Shown piece after piece: positions 22,724-37,248 of a stretch of DNA of 64,000 nt. A program made the translations under genes and the position numbers. Within the stretch, counting starts at the first letter, position 1. Each line of letters starts with the position of its first letter. This stretch comes from Bigelowiella natans CCMP2755 (taxonomy: Eukaryota > Protista > Cercozoa). The stretch lies in the NCBI GenBank assembly GCA_000320545.1, contig ADNK01001325.1, positions 1-64,000 on the forward strand. Direction: 5' to 3'. The notes below the pieces were generated by a model. That model ran no database searches and was not told the origin of the DNA. It saw only the letters and a list, made by a program, of their open reading frames with translations.

Positions 22724-25700
22724 ATGGATCTCGACGATGAATCGAGCGATTCCGACTTGGAAATGTTCATCAAAATCGAGAAGTAGTCGAATCGAATTTG
22801 CATCGGATTGAAATTTTGCTTCTTGACTCATCCCTTTGTTGTAAGGGGACTGCTTCCACGTAAACCCGTCGTGAACCTTGCCGCTGGCAAGCCTCTGTCA
22901 TTTTCCGAACCTAAAGTTGAAGCCAAGTTGCCGAAGTCACACCCTATTAACCACTCAAACCCGGTAGTGAAATTTAACACGATTTAACTCAAAAGTGACA
23001 CACAGCTTGCGTTCAGGTAGCGAAGGTAAAAACAATCACAAAACGCCGCATAGGCGAAATTGTGATTTTGGATGATGAAAAAGAAATAGTAGAAGTGAAA
23101 TCTAAAGACGAAGCAATCGTTATTAAAGATGAAAATGATATTAAGAAAAGGGGGATGATATTACCCGAACCTCGAAATATTGAAAAGCTACCGACGAAGA
23201 TTGAGTTCGATTCCGATGATGAGGATTCAGGTAAAACACATTGCCTTTATAATTTTTAGAATATCTTACAATCGTTTATTCGAATAAAGACGAAGAGGAT
23301 CCGACCGAAGAGACCAACAATAGAGTTGTGGTTCCTTACATATCCGCGGCTTCAGAAGTAATTTTCGACGATGATACGGTTGTTAAGCTGAAGAAGCATC
23401 CGGCCAAGGCTGTCATTTCACTTGCTTTTCTTGGTCATAACGAGCTCTTTCAAATTAATATTTAATTTAACTACACGATTTTAATTTGTTGGAATTAATG
23501 ATTCTGTTCAGGAACGCCCACACCATCTTTCAAATCGATAGTGTTAAGCGCAAAGCTCAAACCAGCATTTGAGAATGGCCAACTTTCTGAGTAGACATTC
23601 ATAGCTGACTATTTTAACTCACAAAATAGTATCTAATTGTGGATATGTTGTTTCCATCAAAGTTTGCAACACGAAGGGGTCTGCCGAGCTGTGAAAGCCT
23701 GGTGGAGCAAAAGCTCAATGTACACAGGAGCACGGAGGGGTTTCTTGCTTGGGGATCAAACTGGAATGGGGAAGGGTCGACAAATAGCTGCCTGCATTGC
23801 TCACAATTGGTTCAACAAGGGTGTCAGGTAATCTCGTTTGATTTAAAATTTTAGGTACTATGTTTAGTTGTCCAATTATGTTGTTAGACGGGCAATCTGG
23901 TTCTCTACAAGCACAGATTTGGTGGAAGACGCAAGAAGAGACCTCTCTGCAGTGTGTGGAAATGTAATCCCGCTTTATGTACCAAGTATGGTAAAGCGGA
24001 AGGGCGTCATCCAGATGGAAACTGGAGTCTTGTTCGTAACATACACCTTCTTGGTATCCGGCGTGTCTACTAATATAATGAAATCTCAAATTTCAATTAA
24101 GACTATTCAATTAAATGGACAAGTTTTTACTTAAATTGAAATATAATGTTCAGGCCCAGCACCATTTCAAGAAAGTAAAGATGATAACAGATTGGCTGAA
24201 AAGTCACTGTGATCCAAATGCATTTGATCAGTGTTGTGCTACAATTGTATTTGACGAATGCCACAAGATGAAAAATGTTCTCCTCAACACCACACAAAAG
24301 CGAAAATCTCCCTCCGAGTGGAATGAATTTCAGCGATCACAGAACAATGATACAACACCAGCTGCTTCAACAGATAGTGGTCAAGATTACTCTGGTGGGT
24401 CTAACACTGGAGTCGCGGGTGTGCTCGTCCAAAAGTACTTGCCAAACGCGTGCATTCTTTATGCATCCGCTACTTCTTTCTCTTCTGTGTTGCATATTGC
24501 GCCGATGGTGAGGTTGGGACTATGGGGTTTGAAAACTCCATTTTCAAAGTTTCAGAAATTCCTCGACTCTGTAAAACCAAAGCGCAGCAGGCACAAGAAC
24601 CACCCTGGCGAGGTGATGATGATCGATCAATATGTCACTTGCTGCGAAGTTGTTACATCTAAATTTTAATGGCAAATTGTTCTATCATTAGGTACCGATG
24701 ATGGAGATCGTCGGACGAGATCTACATGCTCGTGGTCTTCACGTAGCGCGTATGATGAGCTACGATAATGTCCAATTCCAAGTTGTGCCTGTCGACATAC
24801 CGAAAGACATCCAAATGGCATACGATCGTGCTGTGGGTCTTCAGTGGGCAATTTTACATGCAATTGAAACTGCAAAAGATAACATAACTAGTGAAGGCAG
24901 AATCGTTTTCAGGTAATACAGTTCCTGAATATTAATGTGTTACATTTTGTGTCGTTAAATTTAACTGATGCCTACCGTTTTCTTTGGAAAGACAATCAGT
25001 CTACTGGGCTATGAATCAGCGTTTTTTTAAGGCCATAACATGCGCGGCAAAACTCGAATTGACAGTCGAGTATACCAAACGGTTGATAAAGAATGGGCAC
25101 AGCGTCGTGATTTCGCTGTGGAGCACAGGAGAGGCAAGATCAAAGGATAGATATAAGCAAGATGAGATGATCGGGAAAGAAGAGCACATCTTGATAGCGG
25201 AGGAGATGGCAAGACACTTTATTGTGAACGCGTTCGATGAAAACAAGTGCAAGTTAGAAGCAAACAAGAGATATCTCCGAGACATAAAGACTCAACTGCT
25301 CAAAAAGCTGGAAGAAGCCGACCTTTCAAAATTCTTTAACCCTATCGACTACTTGAAACAAAAACTAGGCGGAGCAGACAAGGTGGCGGAGTTGACAGCT
25401 AGAGACAAACACTGGGTCGAGATTTACGATGAGGGTTGGAAATTCGTCAAACGCAGCGAGGGGGGGGATGCTAATGTCAATCTCTACGAGCAAAAGGTGA
25501 GATATTATTAGGTGAGTGAGTGAATGGATAGCAGGCAGCAAATTAAACCCAATTGTAACCTACAACACACCTGAAAAAAGCAGAATCTTTGATTTAGGCA
25601 TTTCAATCTGGCCAAAAAAGAGTCGCTATTATCTCGAGCGCGGCTTCAACAGGAATATCGCTGCACAGCTCTAGGATGAACCCAATTCGTGGACAGCATA

Positions 25701-25798
25701 AGAGGGTCAACATTGTGCTGGAATTGCCATGGGTTAGAAGTAACATGAACATCTCCGTACCAATCGAAGTAGCTATCTTACCTCTTTGTACTCGTGTC

Positions 25799-25832
<34 letters not shown>

Positions 25833-26721
25833 TGGTAGTGGAATAGAGCAAAAGATTGGCTGAGTACCCGTATTGTATATGGATTTTTATCAACCGATGT
25901 AGGCCGCAGACGCTGCATTGCAGCAGATGGGGAGGTACTGTGTTCCTTTATTTATCATGCATTGTAATTATTGTTATTATTATTAGTAGTAGAAGTAGTA
26001 GTAGTGGTAGTTAAAGTATCACCTTAAATGTTCTGCTGTAGATATAGACGAACACTTTCTTTGTCAGAGGAGTAGTAGTAGTAGAAGAAGGAATAGTAGT
26101 AGTAGTGCTAGCAGTAGCATATATTCGTGCAGTTGCCTAGTACTTACTAAGCACCCCTCCCTCCTCCTCCTCCTCCTCCTCCTCCTCCTCCTCCTCCTCC
26201 TCGTCGTACCTACCTACCTACCTACCTATCTACCACTGATAAACCAGGATTCATCGTACAAACCAACTTCACAATCCTGTATATCTGACCATGGTAACGG
26301 AGTTGGGAGGGGAGCGACGGTTTGTAAGCGCGGTGACGAAAAGACTTGAATCTTTAGGAGCTCTAACAAGAGGTGATCGCTCAGCATCTTTTGCAGGTGG
26401 AGACCATATAGACGGCAAGTCTGTATTTGAGGACATGAATTGGGAAAATGACCACGGACGAAAGGCTCTCCGATTGGTTGGTATGAATCTCGGATTCCAG
26501 GTTACTCAATATGGTAAAAAGAGAGGAGAAGTCAATAACCATCATCACCTTGGGACAGCAGCAGCCCCGGATTCCAAAGATGTCCTTGCTGAAATCAAAG
26601 CTGATGAGGCCATGGGAGGGGACAAAGCTGAAAACATTATTCTTCCTTGCGTTCAGAATCGAGAAATAAAGACGGTGATAAATACAAACTTCATCATAGC
26701 TCAACCGCCAAACTATACTGC

Positions 26722-26754
<33 letters not shown>

Positions 26755-28060
26755 TATGAATTATTAATTTAGTAAACATGTTGATAGTGGCAGTATAAAG
26801 AAGTGAAAATTGTATTTAGGCGAGTGATCTAGAACTCAGTGGAGAATTCATGGGCATGATTCAAGTCTTTGATGCCGCCAAAAGATTGCAAGCAGCCCTT
26901 AAGGAGGAAAGACCAATGTATTCAGGCACGAAGGAAAGTAGATTGAATCAAATGGTCCAGGGAACCCTCCGTGTACTTATCTCGGAGGTACCACTACTAT
27001 TGCTAGATCATACACACACATGCACGCATGCATGCATGCATACTTGTAATCACGAAGTAGTTGCAGGAATTGGGGTACTATATCTATGATAATGTTGATA
27101 TTTTAATAATAATAATGATGTGTTATTTATTCATTTATTTGATTTAACGCTCATCAGGGTCTTGGTGGTCAGGCACTCTTTGAATCTTTTCCAAAATTTG
27201 CTAACAGGATCCTCAATCTTCCTTTCAAGGTACGTAGCAGTGAGTAGGTGCTAATAATACTCGTACTCTCACAACAATCCTCGACGTTGCAGCAGGATGA
27301 TGATGTCATCGTTGTATGCAAGCAATGTGTACACAAAACCAGCCAACCAACTAACCACCACCATTATACAATAATTAGTGGCAGCAGAGGATCTTTGATT
27401 TCTTCGTGCAATTGCACATAGAAGTAGTGGCTGAAGCCAAGTCAAACGGGACCTACGTTCCGGGCGTTGTAGACGTCAAGACACTCGGTTGTTCGCCTAC
27501 TAATCTTAATCGTACTCGTAGTTGTAGCAGTAGTTGCAGTAGTAGTGGTAGTAGTAGTAGTAGTAATAGCAGTAGCTTCTAATTGCTCTTCTCCTTCTTC
27601 TCCTTCTTTTTCTTCTCCTTCTTCGTTGTCAAGCCCATACGATATCACAACCAATATCAGTAACTACTACTACTACTTGTACTACGACTATTGCAATTAC
27701 TACTATCCCTTCTGCTTCCCTGTGACAATATGATAGATATATATTAGGAGGTCTTCTTCGTCTTCTTTTTCTAATACCATACTTTTTTTGTTCTGCTTTT
27801 CTCTTGAATTCTTTTCCAAGGAGCCAAATCTTCTAAGTTAATTCGTCGGTCGAAGATATTCGAGAATAAGAATGATGGTGCAATCACGGAACATGTACTG
27901 GTATGACGTATCAAATGATGTGATGGAAGAAGGGAAGGAGGAGGAGCCAGCTGCTGCGAACTTGTGTACAGGATTATCATTCTATTAGGCACAATGAGTA
28001 GATGTAAACGATGATCGTTGATTGCTTTGTGTGACTCTCTCCCCTCCCCCTCCCCCCACC

Positions 28061-28138
<78 letters not shown>

Positions 28139-28336
28139 TTGTGTGTACCTATGTATTGCCGATCCTTCATAAGATTAAGGCGGACTACGGACTTAATTTT
28201 GAGGAAGCAAAGAAGTTATTGGAGGAGAGGAGAGCTTTTATTGCCTCTGCAGTGGCTCAGAGAAATGAAAATTTAGCAGCACCACCTTCTCCCAGAGACG
28301 ACGATTTCAACGGTCTATATACATAAATATTAATAT

Positions 28337-28397
<61 letters not shown>

Positions 28398-29490
28398 TGT
28401 GTGTGTTTGTGTGTGTACTAATATAAATATATATCGTTCACCGGGGAATAGTCAGAGAACATCTCTATCATCAGCAGCATCATGATCGCTTATCATTACA
28501 GTGGTTGATTTTCCTAGTCTCCTCATCTTCTGGTGTATTTTATGTGTTTATGTTTGTCTATACGTGTGTTGTCGTCATCGTAATAGAATCGCAGCAATCT
28601 AAGTGCGGCGGCTTCATCGTGGATGAGGATGATTATTATGATAATGGGAGCGATGAAACTTATATGGAGGAGGAGGAGGAGGAGGATGATGATGATGATG
28701 ATAATACTGCTGAGTGTAGTATCCCAAGAAAAAGAAAGGTAAAGAATCGTAACTATTCAACTACATTCCCAATATATTGCTAGTGTTGGTTGGTGGTGTG
28801 TCCGACCGGCTTTGATAGATGAATATGATGATGAAGAGACAATAACTGCTTATTTACTATTTCTAATCATCAGATTACTACTACTACTACTACTCGGAAG
28901 CGATCAGTAGAGCTGGGTGAGCATGGCGATTACGATGGTTTTTATTCTTGGGTTCCAAAGAAAGGAAATGGCCCTCCTCAACGACGAGAGGTAGTAGCTT
29001 CCAATCATACATCTTGCTTTCTAAAAACTATGTAACAGTGGTAGCAGCAGTAGTAGTAGTTGTAGTAGTAGTAGTACACATATTTCCACCAACGTCATTC
29101 TTCTTTCAAAGACAGAAATAATATGTTTTAGGTAGTGCTGTTGCTTGAAAACCTGCCGATGAAGAGTCGTCTATCCAAGTACTCAACCTTATTGCATCGA
29201 CATCGGATGGCAAACAAAATTACCTTCAGGTTATTTATATTGATATGATCATCAGAAATTTAGGAATGTTAATAATGATTGAATGGAAATGCAAAGTCAA
29301 GAACGGTTATAATGATGTGATGATTATGACGATGACAGAGTATCTCATTTTTGGAGTATGATAGTTAATGATCACGACCATCATGATAATGAGAATAATG
29401 ATACCCGATGATGATGGTGCACAGATCCTGATATGAATAAAGTGCATGATGATACATACTATATATGTCGATTGTACTTGACAAATATTG

Positions 29491-29521
<31 letters not shown>

Positions 29522-30429
29522 GAAGGGTTCTGTTTCCGCATAAGGGTCCGTCTCAGTCCTGGACACCTTTTAATAACAACAGGTAATGTCAATAATCCGT
29601 TGTGTGGATATGTGTGTGGGGGGGGGGGGGGGTACGCGCGCGTATGATCATCCTTTTAACAAGCTGTGTAGATTCTGTTGGGTAGATATTCTGGATTTTT
29701 TTGAGAACTCAGCAGCACTATATTGGCATTATTATTTTGCTTCTGATTTTTCTTTTCTTCGTCTTCTTATTCTTCTTCTTCGTTTTCTTCTTCTTCTCAT
29801 CATTATTATTATCATCATCATCATCATCGTCGTCATCTAAAAGGACACGGAAGACAAGGCTAAACCTCCTTCATCTTCGAAGGAGATTTGGGAAGAAGAA
29901 GAGAAATGCCATGTATAGGCGGCTCGATCATGATGTGAAAGTAATAAGTAGAAGCATTTGTAGAGTAGAAATTGTAATAGGAGTGGGGGGGGGAAGTAAG
30001 AGCAGTAGTTTTTGTCGTGGCCATCGTCATCAGCATCAAAATCACCATCACCATCATCACCATCATCACCATCATCACCATCATCATCATCATCATCATC
30101 ATCATCTATGATGATGAGCGTAATGCTACCGTTTAATATATAGCCCCTTCTTCTATCTACCCTTCGTTTCTTCTTTCTACTTGTACAACTTCTTCCTCCT
30201 CTTTTTCTTCTTCTTCTTCTTCTTCTTCTTCTTCTTCTTCTTCTTTTCCCACTCTGCTATACCATCGACACCATCACGACTCCTGGTAGTATCACCGTCC
30301 TCCATCCTGCTTATCTAATTTGATTACAAACACACGCACAATAATGCAGCGGTACAACAGGGACAATAATAAGGATATTGAAGTGGTGGAAAAGCTATGG
30401 GCAAATCAGTTTAAACAGGTGGTGGTGAA

Positions 30430-30465
<36 letters not shown>

Positions 30466-30907
30466 AGGACAAAACCAACGTAGTGGTAGGACAGTCAAGG
30501 GCTACGCAATCAATCAATCAATCAATCAATCAATCGATGATAATGATGTTGTGTACTGTTCTCTTGTGTTGTTGACGATGATGATGTATGTATGTATGTA
30601 TGTCACAGGCAGCCACAAGATGTGCTCAGTGTCAGACATGTAGAGATGCAAGAAAGAGGTTCTAATACTATTCTGCTGCTATGATAACGACGACGATACT
30701 GATGGTTTTCTTGTAATGAAAATGATAATGATGATGATCATGATGATCATGATGGATGATCGCCTTCCATTATCACAGAATGCTTAAGCAGTGTTCAGGG
30801 AAGCCATATATGTTTCGTCGGATTGTTAACCATAACTTGGTAATTGGAAATATCATGCAGGTGGGAGATACTTCTCTGTCTATCTGTCTGTATATAGGGG
30901 GAGATCA

Positions 30908-30947
<40 letters not shown>

Positions 30948-31367
30948 CGTGTGGGATGGTAGAAGGGTTGATTTCTGATTTTCCCTTTTTATTCACCATT
31001 TGAAGATCTGGGACTTTATAGAGTTTTCTCTGGCTAGAGCCAGCAACATACGGAAAATTCAAGTATTAAGATGTAGAGAAGATGCAAAGGTAGTACACAA
31101 TGCAGAGGATACCTATTGATTCAACTTATTATAGAAATTCAATTAGCTGTTTGATGTAAGGTATATGTGGGTCTTGATCTTCCACAAGACGCCGTGTCGG
31201 TTTTGACAGAGAAGCTTCGAAATCATAATCTTGCAATAAGTGAACGCATTCTAAATCCCTGCATTCTTCCAGTGCATAATATTGATTCGTCTTCGGGGAA
31301 TGTCTTAGAAAATAAATGCAGCAAACTTGAAAAATGTGAATCAACATTTCCGTCGGCAACTTCGTAA
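22724..31367 (+). CDS. SBNO: Strawberry notch homolog (SF2 helicase-like), many exons; 5' end uncertain
   Basis: [57 protein letters not shown]|[11 protein letters not shown]|IHRTNQ and [24 protein letters not shown]. Confidence 0.93.
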
Positions 31368-31499
31368 TTGACTACAGCAGAATAGCTTCAACTAGTCAAT
31401 TAAATGCAACCGTCAGAAATGAATTATCTCCACCAACAAACCGTTATTGTATTCAGCAAATGAACAGTACACAGCAGTTGCTATCGTGCATCTCTGGCT

Positions 31500-32740
31500 A
31501 AATTGAAAGCACTGGGTGCTAGAATTTCTAGATGCGCTCTGCTGATGATGGTTGCTTGTGCATTGCAAGAGTCTGTGGCCTAGCTCCTTCTAGAGCAGCT
31601 ACAGCCTGAATGAGCCCACGGCGAACATGCACAATGCAAGCATAGCTCGCAGTACCGCGTAGCAGTACGCACATACGCGCAAACAGATGCAACATAAGCG
31701 CTAGGGCCGGCAATGAATAGTTGAAACCAAACATACTTGCAAACATCTAGACATGTTCACTTGTTCATTCAAACGCAAATGGTGATTTTCGCTCAACGCT
31801 CACATTCATTCGAACAGAACAGTGCCTTTTAAAACTTGCATGTGCGAAAACAAATGGAACGCAAACAGTGTGTTTGCCAAACCATTTGCATTCTATTGAT
31901 TTTCATATGAGTGTTTCACAGCTGCAGGCTGAGCATGCTACATGGTGAATGTTAGCCAGAAACTACACAGCTGCTACGCTGGCGCCGCAGCTAGGTGGGG
32001 ACATGTGTCCCTAAACGTGCATGTCGTGCTAGCATGCCACAGTATATCCGCACAAACATTCACAAAGCACGCATCTAGCTAGCTAGGCATGTTTGTTACA
32101 CGTTCAACGTACCTGCTAGCCTGATGCATGATTTCGATTTAAAAAAACATGTGTAAATAATGCACAATCGAAATAACCATTCTAGCATTCTAATGAACAG
32201 AACAATGGCAAAAACTGTTCTTCTTGTAGCTAAATTAACAACTCTACTAGTCTAGAACTGTTCATTCGAAAGAACAGTTCTGCGTGGCAACTGTTGTCTT
32301 CGGTGTTTGCATTCAGCATTCGTTGCCAGCTAGCCCAAACTAGAAAACTAGCCAAGCTAGTCCTAGCAATGACTAGATGAGCGCTGTAGCCGCTCCGTCT
32401 AGCTATCTAGCTATCGCTGCTTTGCACCACTGCACATTAGGATGACCATTGAAAAGATTTCATCACTTCAGTACCTCACATCCGCGCGTTTCGGATGCGC
32501 GCTATGTCGATCTAGGTGGCTATAGCTGTGCGATACGTGGGTACGCTAGTACGTCGAGACTTGACTCTAGCTAGTTAGGACTGATCATTGCGAGCATTTG
32601 TGCACGGCACAAGACACTCCACTGTCTAGCTAGCTAGCTAGTCCACCGCTGCTTTGCATAGCTACATACATCAGGATGACCGCTGAAAGTATAAAAAGTT
32701 TCAACTCATTCATTACATCTGTCTCACAAGATGCGCTACG
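31500..32740. other. Partially TpA-depleted, CTAG-rich intergenic domain with repeat relics
   Basis: Very dense CTAG (six within 32330-32380) and two copies of a dispersed repeat. Confidence 0.7.
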
Positions 32741-33082
32741 CGGTAACAAATCCAGAAATGTTGTAAGATGATTTGCGATGATTCGATGACACAATTCAAT
32801 TTCCTCAGATGCAAATTCTAAAATTGTCTTGATAGCCATAGTCATAACTAGATAAAATTGTCAAAACTATGTCCCTAGTGATTTTGGTGCGACAATTGGT
32901 TCGATACTAGCTACATCATTACGAATTACTTGCTACATGTTATCATTTACATACACACAGCGCAGCACTGGCAAAATTGAAACGTCTATTTATTTTTCTA
33001 ATATCATCAACTTTACATATTTTTATAAATAACCGAGAAGGTTCTAAGGATCTCTGGGTTTTTGTGTGAATATACCTTGATA

Positions 33083-33854
33083 TCATTTTGTGGATTTTAA
33101 GCTACTTGATTTGCTGCTTGCGGATTTCATGCTACTTGATTTGCCGGTTGCAGATTTTAAGCTACTTGATTTTCTGGTTGCTTTCAAGCTACTTGATTTG
33201 CTGGATGTTTTTTTGGGTGGAGGTTCTACATATTCAAGGATGGGTTCTCCAACCTTCTTAATATTGGCAACTTTGCACGGCAATCTAAACCTCGACGCGA
33301 GCACTATCTTGAATATCTTCGCGATGTTGATTGATTTTGAAGCAGAGCAAAATACTAACGAAGCTTTCATTGCTTTTGCGAATTTACGTGCCTAAACCAG
33401 AATAGAAAATGAATTCAAACAAGCGATAAAAGATCTAAAATACCTGTTTTGTCATTTCTTGCTTATGAGAAAGCTGCATCGTCGCAAAGTAATCGTACTT
33501 TGTACCAATAAGGAATGCTGTCGCTGTCTGTAAAAACCACAAATGATGCGTTTTATCTCATAGGTACCAAGTGGGAGGACCTGATTAAGTTTCCGGGCTT
33601 CCATATACCATTGTCGAACACTCGCTAATGTTGCAGGTCGTGAGAGATCGAACATGAACAGCAGAGCTACTGCTTCGTTGCAAACAAGAGGCATCATCTC
33701 CATATATTCTCTTTGGCCTGGGTAGATTGTATTTCAATCAATAAAACCTCTGAATCATTATCGAAGAAATATTACATATTTAGCACTGTCAAGTAAGTTT
33801 GAGCAAGCGAACCAACGAGTTTGATTAATATGTTTGTTATTATTACAACATACT

Positions 33855-33891
<37 letters not shown>

Positions 33892-34268
33892 TGTGTGTGT
33901 GTGATCATGAACGACGCTTATAACAAACAAAACTCCTGAATCCCATACCGGGAATATTAAATGGAAAATTGACAATGTTATCCATCAAACGAACCTCCCA
34001 GATCCCAAATTGAGAATGTGATCTCTGCGGTTTTGAGTTCTATCGTCTTCTCCATAAAGTTAACACCTGCAAAGGATAGTAAGTTCATCACTACCAATAC
34101 GGGGTTGTTGAAGTGATGAATAATACCAAGAGTTTGGATGTAATCCTCATTGAATTTTCCTTCGACATACTTCACCATGAGGCTGGTTTTTCCTATTTGT
34201 GGATCGCCAACCATGGCTACCTTAATCATGTGAGATTTTTTTTTCTTCCTGTTGATCGCTTGGGACAT
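33083..34268 (-). CDS. SPG1: Spg1/Tem1-family small GTPase (SIN/MEN), 5 exons
   Basis: [86 protein letters not shown] and GEPIL. Confidence 0.93.
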
Positions 34269-35087
34269 TGTGCTTTGTCACCTTTCAAAATCGATATTTC
34301 TTATCAAATCAGCCATGCATGTGCCGGTCTATTTTAGTTTAAGTTGCGGGAAGCAAGAAGGGATCTACATGTTGGTTCCTAACTTACGATCGTGTCTCTC
34401 GTCTAGTTTATCTTATCAGTTCGATAAACTCAAATTGGAAAATCAAGTGAGGAACGGGGAAAGAACGACAGGAGCAGGGGATGGAAGTAGAAAAGAAGAG
34501 GGAAGGGGGACCAACCAGGTTTGTGTTTTGGATCCTGCTTAAGATACAAAGTTCATGGTTTTATTCGGTAGTACATTCTATGATTCATTCGAATTCATCT
34601 TAGAGACATCATAAGAATACGTATTCCTTCAATAAATTCGAGTTACTTTTACATATATTTCTTCGGCTTCACTGTATCGCATCCAAAAATCTATCATGAT
34701 TTTTGTGGATTTGAGTATCGGGCATTGACGGGGATTCCCATATGCACGTGCCTGAGATAGTCCAGCTACTGGAAGAACAACAACAACTACTACAACAGGG
34801 TCAAACATCGTACGGTCGATGATGAAAACGACCGATTGTTATCATTATTGTTGCCAAGAAAGAAAGAAGAAAGAGAAGAGAAATCATGCAACCCCTTCCC
34901 TACTACTTACTATTGTAATCATTAACTGATCACTACTTATCATTATCTTCATCCTCCTCCTCCTACTCCATCGTCCATCGATCATTAATTGTACACGTTG
35001 AGTTGGTTGGAGTCGCAGCAGGTAAGTGCTCCCATAATGATCGATTTCCCTCTCTTACTGTTACGTTGTTGTTGTTGTAACCCACAG

Positions 35088-35941
35088 ATCAGATGGGTAG
35101 CATCGAACGGAGAAGAAGATATGGGAGTGAAAACAGGATGCGGTTGCGCTTTCTTGTTATAACTTCACTCGCAGTTGTTGAAACTGTACGAATTTGGCTG
35201 CCAACGAGGTTTGATATGATTCCTAGTATTCGTTGACAGAGCACTTTCTCCTGACTTCTCCTTACGCAGGGCTACCGTTAAACATGAAAGGATAGGAGTA
35301 ACTCCAGGGGGGAATTACAATGGAGGTCTAGTTTTATTCCAATGAAGTCCCAGAATTTAAAATGATTTTTTTTAGGAGCCGGAGAGAGGGGAAACCTACT
35401 TCCACACGAAGGGAAAAGAATACTCAAGGTTTTGTTATGAATGTGGGCCAGATAGAATCAAATTTAAATTTTTATGTTAAACATAACAACCTTGAACCCA
35501 CCTATTACTATGTCTCAATCTCGGATGTGATTCTTTTATTACCAGAAAGCAACATCGCTTGGTCAAACTGTTGGAGCTGCCTATTACTTCGGATACTGGT
35601 TTGCAATTATCCAAGTGTTGTCCTCATTAGGAATTTATATCCCCTTATGATGTGACTGATTCTCCTGCCCTCTTACGAAAGAGATCAAGAGAATATTAAT
35701 AACTACAAGTAAGACAAAGTAGATCGGTGACACCATGATCCATTCATTCATTGATCCATCCATCCATCCATCCATCCATCCATTCACATATAGGGACCGT
35801 TCCCTCGGGGTTGTTGATATCGGAGGTAGGTACGGAGAGGTTTGGGATTTTCCACAAGAACAAAACACAACACGATACAGCAGACAAAGAGGAATATACC
35901 AACATCCATTGATACGTTTCTGGAAGTGGAGGCTCCCTTTC

Positions 35942-35992
<51 letters not shown>

Positions 35993-36683
35993 CAATACTG
36001 AAATTTTCATCACTTGCTTGGTTTCTTGCACTGGTGTGTGTCATCATTAAAGAGCAGCAGGGAAAGTTACTGGAAGGCATGGGCCATAGAATAGGCAATC
36101 GTCGGGTCATATGTAGTAGTAGTTCGTCGTACATATCTATTATCTATGCCAGCGGTTCCGTGTCACAGTACTTAATAAAAGCATTCATAAAAAAAATAAA
36201 AAATGGGAGATTGTTGATTATGGTGACTATAACAACGACGAAATTCACAGATCATAAATAATAGCAGTGCTGCTGGCGGTGTCAAATTTTCTCCGTTAAA
36301 CATTTACAGGTGTTGTTTCCCGAAGAGGCCTTTTTTCTAATTGAAAGAGGTAACATTTATATTTGTGTTTGTTAGCAGCATGATGAGGAACGTATGTACA
36401 GTCAGAATTTAGGGAAGAAGAAGAAGAAGAAAAGAAAGCATACATTCATATGAAGGAGGGATAATAAAGAAAAGATGAACAAATTGTTTTGTTTAACTTC
36501 CTGCTGCTTTAAAAGCCATCATCACTGCGTACTCAATTCATTTTGTTGGTGAATTTATTCCCCGTCGTCGATTTCTCTAACCAACATAACAAACACTACT
36601 ACTACTAGGTCTGATGGGTTGTGTCGCTGAGGATGGGGCCCTTATGTCAATTGATGACGTATAAATACTGAGATATAATATAA

Positions 36684-36717
<34 letters not shown>

Positions 36718-37215
36718 CATATATTTTCTTTTTTTTATTTTTGTGCTATCTTGTTCCTTTCGAATTCCTTTCTGCACTATCACTATTATTAGCAAATCTA
36801 CTGCTGCTGCTGTTGGTGCTGCTATTGCCTATATCTCTCTCTTCACTATTGCTACCATCCAATGGCAGAATATCTGGCTACATGACCTGTTGTTGCAAAT
36901 GATCTCACTACTTTAATAATACTAAACTACAAGAAATCAACCACCGTATCGCTGTTAGTTACTACTACTACTTCTTCTTCTTCTACTACTACTACTACTA
37001 TGAAAATGCAGATGTGTTATTGCTAAGCTTGACTCCACCTCCTTTCGAGGAATAATCTAGATATATGTATATTTTGACCTCCCTCCTCCTCCTGACTGCT
37101 ACTACTTAATTCATATCTGCATCGTACCTGCTTCAGGCTCGTGACTTCTTCTCCGAATTTGTTGAGGTGATACTTTAGAATAATGGCAAAAGAGTACAAG
37201 CGCTCCTCAGTAACT

Positions 37216-37248
<33 letters not shown>

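Noticed and set aside
29586-30111. Poly-His, poly-Met and poly-Ile ORFs (similar cases throughout)
   Set aside because: Translations of intronic trinucleotide microsatellites.
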